Assembly: GCA_040901985.1 (NCBI GenBank)
Contig: JBBDYC010000009.1
Coordinates: 248,644-312,643 of the forward strand
DNA: 64,000 bases
Reading direction: 5' to 3'
Origin: Gemmatimonadaceae bacterium
GTDB lineage: Bacteria > Gemmatimonadota > Gemmatimonadetes > Gemmatimonadales > Gemmatimonadaceae
Shown: positions 59,987 to 64,000 of the stretch, one piece after another
Layout: each line of letters starts with the position of its first letter
How positions within the stretch are numbered: the first letter of the stretch is position 1
Position numbers and translations under genes: made by a program
The notes under the pieces: model-generated
The model's database searches: none
Seen by the model: the letters and a program-made list of their open reading frames with translations, nothing else
What the model was told of the DNA's origin: nothing

Positions 59987-62674
59987 ATGGCTAACGAAGA
60001 GCTGCATCAGCGCGGCTACCTCGCAAACGGCAAGCTCAGAGGCGACAAGTTCGGCGACTTCGAATCGCTGAACATCGGCGGAACGACCATCAAGGAGCTA
60101 AAGGCAAACGGCGTCACGGTCACCGTCCCCGGCTCGATCACGTTCCCATTCAAGCAGTACAAGGCGCCCAAGTCTCCAACCAATGCCCGGCCCGACAAGG
60201 TCATCCTGCGCCGACAGGAAGGGGCGCTCACGCCTGTCGCGACCGCCGAGCACAAGGCACCCAAGAAGCTGCGAACGCCCGTGGAGATGCAGCGGGCGGC
60301 GGAACAAGGCCTCTATGCGGCCGCGGCGCTAGGCGCAGCGGTCGCCGTGACCTCCGACGGGACCACGGCGAAGTATGTCGATGTAGCGGCTTCGCTGAAG
60401 GCGCAGAAGCTCGTGTACTTCGCCGATACCCGCGACTTCGGTCCGGGAGTCCTGTCGAACCTGCTTGAGGGTGACGCAGGCGTTGAGAAGGACCCGAAGC
60501 CGCTCGCGGAGAGCGTCTGGCAGATGATCTGGCACGCGACGAAGGAAGAGCCGAAGCAGTGCCTCCTCACGTTCGTCGAGATCTTCGTGTTGAAGTTCCT
60601 CTCAGACAACCTTCCCAAGAAGTTGCTTCCGGAGAAGTATCGGTTCTACGAGTTGATAAAGGACGCCAAGAAGTTCGAAGACGAGCACGGGCTCTGCGCG
60701 ATCGAGTACTACGTCAACGACATTCGCCCGTTCATCAAGACGCTGTTCCCGGACAACACGCTCGCCTCCGATCCGGTCGTGGCGGAGACGTTCGGACTGA
60801 AGACAGTTGTCTCCAAGACATCCGTCATCAACGGCTTCGCGTTTCTGCGCTCCTCAACGGTCAAGCTCGAGGGCTTCAATCGCACGTTCCTCGACATCCT
60901 TCAGGAGTTCCAGAAGTTCGGCCCGCTGACGACGATCGACCCCGAGTTCAAACTTCGGCTGTACGAGACGTTCCTGCGCCGGAGTGCACGACAGCAGAAA
61001 CTCGGACAGTTCTTCACGCCGCGAAGCGTCGTCCGCCCAATGGTGCGAATGGCGCGCCTCGACAAGCTCGCCGCGGGTGCGATTGTGCTCGACCCGGCAG
61101 CGGGTGTTGGCGGTTTCATCCTTGAGCCTCCGCTGCTAGAGCCCGCGCTGTCGAAGAATGTCACGTTCGTGAAGGGGCAGCCGAAGCGCGCGATCAGACT
61201 GATTGGCGTCGACGTTGACGCGAACACGCACATTCTCGCGAAGGCAAACACACTCATTCATTTCGCTGAACTCGTGCGCGATCCGGCGATCACGATGTCA
61301 GCCCTTAATCAGTTGATGGCTGAGACGTTCGTGCTGATGAACAACAACGAGACACTCGGTTCACTTGAGAATCCGCCCTCCAACGCCGTTGATGTCATCC
61401 TGACGAATCCGCCATATGTCACGAAGGGGAGCGGCATTTATAAGGACGAGGTGAAGGAAGCAGGTACCAGCGCAAACGGCGTCGATCTTCGTGACTACTA
61501 CGACCGATCCGGCCTCGGTGTCGAGGCACTCTTCCTGCGGTACGTTAGCGGCGCACTCAAGGCGGGAGGTAGAGCTTTCGTTATCGTGCCCCTCGGCCTG
61601 TTGAATCGGACGGACCCGGGACCCAAGAAGAAGTTGCTCGACGAGTGCAACTTGTTGGCTTCGATCGCACTCCCTCGGAACACGTTCTTCAACACCGCGC
61701 AGCTAACGTACGTCCTGATCCTTGAGAAGCGACATACTGCCGCCGACGCGCGTCCCGATGTGTTCTGCGGCATCGCGCGGTCGATCGGGGAGTCGCTCAA
61801 CTGGGAGCGCGTACCGACGCCGCTCGACAACGATCTTCAGCTGATCGCCGACAATTTCGTATCGTACACCGAAGGCGCCACGCAATCTGTCCTGGGCGTC
61901 GACTTCATCAAGACGGCGAAGGCCGATTCGTTCACCGAGAATGATCGCTGGGATGTGACGCGATTCTGGACGCAGGAGGAGTTGGTCGCACTCGGTCAAA
62001 TGGAGTCGGCGGTCTCGAGGATCGACTTCATCGACGAAACGCGGACCGAGCTAGAAGAGATCAGCGACGAACTGGCCGCGGCCAAAAAGGAACTCGCAGC
62101 ACTAACCTCCGGCGCGACGACCACCATCAGCCTCGGCGACAAGGCCACGTTCGCGGTGCGTTCGGGTACGCGCGTGACAGGGAAGGAGATTCGCGAGCAC
62201 CAGGGTGCGCTTCCTGTCTATAGCTGCTTCAAGACGGACCGCGAGACAAAGGGAGCGGTCAACGAGAAGTTCTTCGTGAAGGAAAAGGGCGGACATGTCG
62301 AGACGAAGGCCGTCGTGACCGTGAACGCCAACGGTGCGAGCGTGGGCAAGGTGTACGTCCGGCGTGACCGGTGCGCCATCACCGACGATGTCATCGTCGT
62401 CGAGGTGCTCGAATCGAAGCAAGGAAAACGTATGGACCTCGACTACCTCGCCGTGGCGCTGCGCGGCGCTGTCGATCGGGGTGGATTCTTGTATGAGGCG
62501 AAGCTCTTCGCGACGCGCGTGCGAGAACTCGAGGTTGAGTTCCCAGTGCGCAAGAACGGCACGCTCGACGAGGTGCAGCAGAAGCACATCGCGTCGGCCG
62601 TGAAGCGCTTCGACAACCTCCGGGCGCGACTGCGCGATCTCGGCGAGCGGGCAGAAATGGCGCGCGCCGTGTAG
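59987..62674 (+). CDS. Single-chain RM-type enzyme: putative nuclease + N6-adenine MTase + TRD
   Basis: RPD...AEHK, GQFFTPR, LDPAAGVGGF, TNPPY, HsdS-like C-terminus. Confidence 0.8.
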   Translation: MANEELHQRGYLANGKLRGDKFGDFESLNIGGTTIKELKANGVTVTVPGSITFPFKQYKAPKSPTNARPDKVILRRQEGALTPVATAEHKAPKKLRTPVEMQRAAEQGLYAAAALGAAVAVTSDGTTAKYVDVAASLKAQKLVYFADTRDFGPGVLSNLLEGDAGVEKDPKPLAESVWQMIWHATKEEPKQCLLTFVEIFVLKFLSDNLPKKLLPEKYRFYELIKDAKKFEDEHGLCAIEYYVNDIRPFIKTLFPDNTLASDPVVAETFGLKTVVSKTSVINGFAFLRSSTVKLEGFNRTFLDILQEFQKFGPLTTIDPEFKLRLYETFLRRSARQQKLGQFFTPRSVVRPMVRMARLDKLAAGAIVLDPAAGVGGFILEPPLLEPALSKNVTFVKGQPKRAIRLIGVDVDANTHILAKANTLIHFAELVRDPAITMSALNQLMAETFVLMNNNETLGSLENPPSNAVDVILTNPPYVTKGSGIYKDEVKEAGTSANGVDLRDYYDRSGLGVEALFLRYVSGALKAGGRAFVIVPLGLLNRTDPGPKKKLLDECNLLASIALPRNTFFNTAQLTYVLILEKRHTAADARPDVFCGIARSIGESLNWERVPTPLDNDLQLIADNFVSYTEGATQSVLGVDFIKTAKADSFTENDRWDVTRFWTQEELVALGQMESAVSRIDFIDETRTELEEISDELAAAKKELAALTSGATTTISLGDKATFAVRSGTRVTGKEIREHQGALPVYSCFKTDRETKGAVNEKFFVKEKGGHVETKAVVTVNANGASVGKVYVRRDRCAITDDVIVVEVLESKQGKRMDLDYLAVALRGAVDRGGFLYEAKLFATRVRELEVEFPVRKNGTLDEVQQKHIASAVKRFDNLRARLRDLGERAEMARAV

Positions 62675-62775
62675 CCCGACAGCGCCGCGCCGCCCATTGC
62701 ACCGTGTCGCAAACGGGTCCGGTTCGTTCACGATGGAGACTTTTCGGAGACTTTCTTCAGAAGGTCCGTTGAACA

Positions 62776-62815
62776 CAGAAACCCCGCAACGCGCCAAGTC
62801 GTTGCGGGGTTTCTG
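62776..62815. terminator. Hairpin beside the tRNA remnant
   Basis: CAGAAACCCCGCAACG-8nt-CGTTGCGGGGTTTCTG. Confidence 0.6.
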
Positions 62816-62824
62816 GTTGTGGTA

Positions 62825-62867
<43 letters not shown>

Positions 62868-62996
62868 ACACGGGTGCGCCTGGCCCATCCGAAAGCGACA
62901 TTCGGTGATTGCTGGGTGATTACTGATTACGGTGGCCGCCAAAGCATCCGCGCCAAATCCCTTCAACAATCTATTCATTTAAAACAAGTTACACCA

Positions 62997-63041
62997 ATCG
63001 GGACGGCGGGATTCGAACCCGCGACCCCCTGAACCCCATTC
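62997..63041 (-). repeat. att core, right copy: 3' half of tRNA-Pro(GGG)
   Basis: Identical to 20547-20591; again lacks the D-arm/5' half. Confidence 0.9.
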
Positions 63042-63268
63042 AGTCGAGAGGCGAAGCCTTCGAGCACCGATCTATGGAACGAGTATGCATACACGGTACT
63101 AACGCGACTCGCGCAAGTCCTTTCTCCGCTGCAAGTTAAGTGCTGCAGCCGCAAGCCATCGCTGCAGAACACTTCAGCAAACTCAACGATGAGATTGGCA
63201 GACAAAGGCACGGCTGATCCGGTAAATCCTTCCCTGCCTGCACACGAGATGCACACAAAGTTCGTGGC

Positions 63269-64000
63269 CAGCGTCTTGCCAAAGCGCGCAGGCGACGGAA
63301 GCCGCAGTTCACCGCCGTGCAGTGGGCCTTCGTCGAGAACCTGCTGCGGGAGGATTGGAGCCCGGAGCAGATTGTCGGGTGGTGCGCGCGATTCCGGCTG
63401 CTCGCCATCAGTCACGAGACCATCTACCGGCGCATCCACAGGGATCGGGCGCGCGGCGGGACGCTCTACACGCACCTGCGCGTGATGACGAAGAATCTGC
63501 GGAAGCGGTACGGCACCTACGACAGCCGGGGCCGCCTCGCTGGGAAGCGCCACCTTGCGACGCGGCCGGCGGGCGCGACCAACCGCTCGCGCTTCGGCCA
63601 TTGGGAAGGGGACACGGTGATGGGCAGCACGAAGGACACCGCCTGCATCCTCACGCTCGTGGAGCGGAAGTCGGGGTTCCTCGCGATCGGCAGCTGTCGT
63701 CGCGCCAGGCCCCCGGGGTGAACGCCCGGCTCCGCCAACTGATCGAGGCGCAGCCGCGGCCGGTGCGCACGATCACGCTCGACAACGGGACCGAGATCCA
63801 CTCGTACGAGCGGCTCGAGGACGTGGTAGACACCAAGTGCTACTTCGCCACACCGCATCACTCCTGGGAGCGTGGGAGCAACGAAAACGCGAATGGCCTC
63901 GTCCGGCAGTATCTCCCCAAGCGCCGCTCGATGGCAGGGCTCACGCAACGCGACTGCCAGCGCATCGCGGACAAACTCAATCGTCGTCCGCGCAAGCGGC
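63269..64000 (+). pseudogene. IS30-family transposase remnant, 5'-truncated and frameshifted, running off the window
   Basis: WSPEQI, ISHETIY, GHWEGDTV, then 1-nt frameshift near 63692 into TITLDNGTE, WERGSNEN.NGL.RQY.PK. Confidence 0.9.

Noticed and set aside
63269..64000. Active IS30 or programmed frameshift
   Set aside because: N-terminal HTH and left IR are missing; the shift lies in the catalytic core with no slippery run, so it is decay or a sequencing error.

Overview
The first ~20.5 kb is high-GC (about 70% by eye) core chromosome; the gene style suggests Gemmatimonadota, which is an inference. It carries a tyrosine-catabolism cluster (acetoacetate-CoA ligase, hppD, hmgA), dinB, a Zn-metalloprotease, an M16 peptidase pair, dut and nirK. 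From 20547 to 63041 lies a ~42.5 kb lower-GC genomic island bounded by an identical 45-bp direct repeat (3' half of tRNA-Pro(GGG)), with a tyrosine integrase at its left end. The island is a defence hotspot: SAMHD1/dGTPase-like HD protein plus IrrE-like peptidase, PHP-ATPase (Ppl-like), orphan UvrD, an Eco57I-like M + RM pair, a single-chain RM enzyme, DarG-DarT, two DUF3800-like genes and an HTH/ImmA/HNH cluster. It also holds two coupling-protein-like ATPases with no visible relaxase or mating pore. The most unusual structure is a large serine recombinase whose 3' end is part of a 228-bp repeat that recurs 2402 bp downstream. The repeat contains a tRNA-like att candidate, a consensus sigma70 antisense promoter, a terminator hairpin and a 22-bp motif. 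The copies partition low-GC cargo genes into cassette-like units, suggesting a serine-recombinase gene-cassette array. A frameshifted IS30 remnant ends the window. All calls come from motif recognition; no searches were run.
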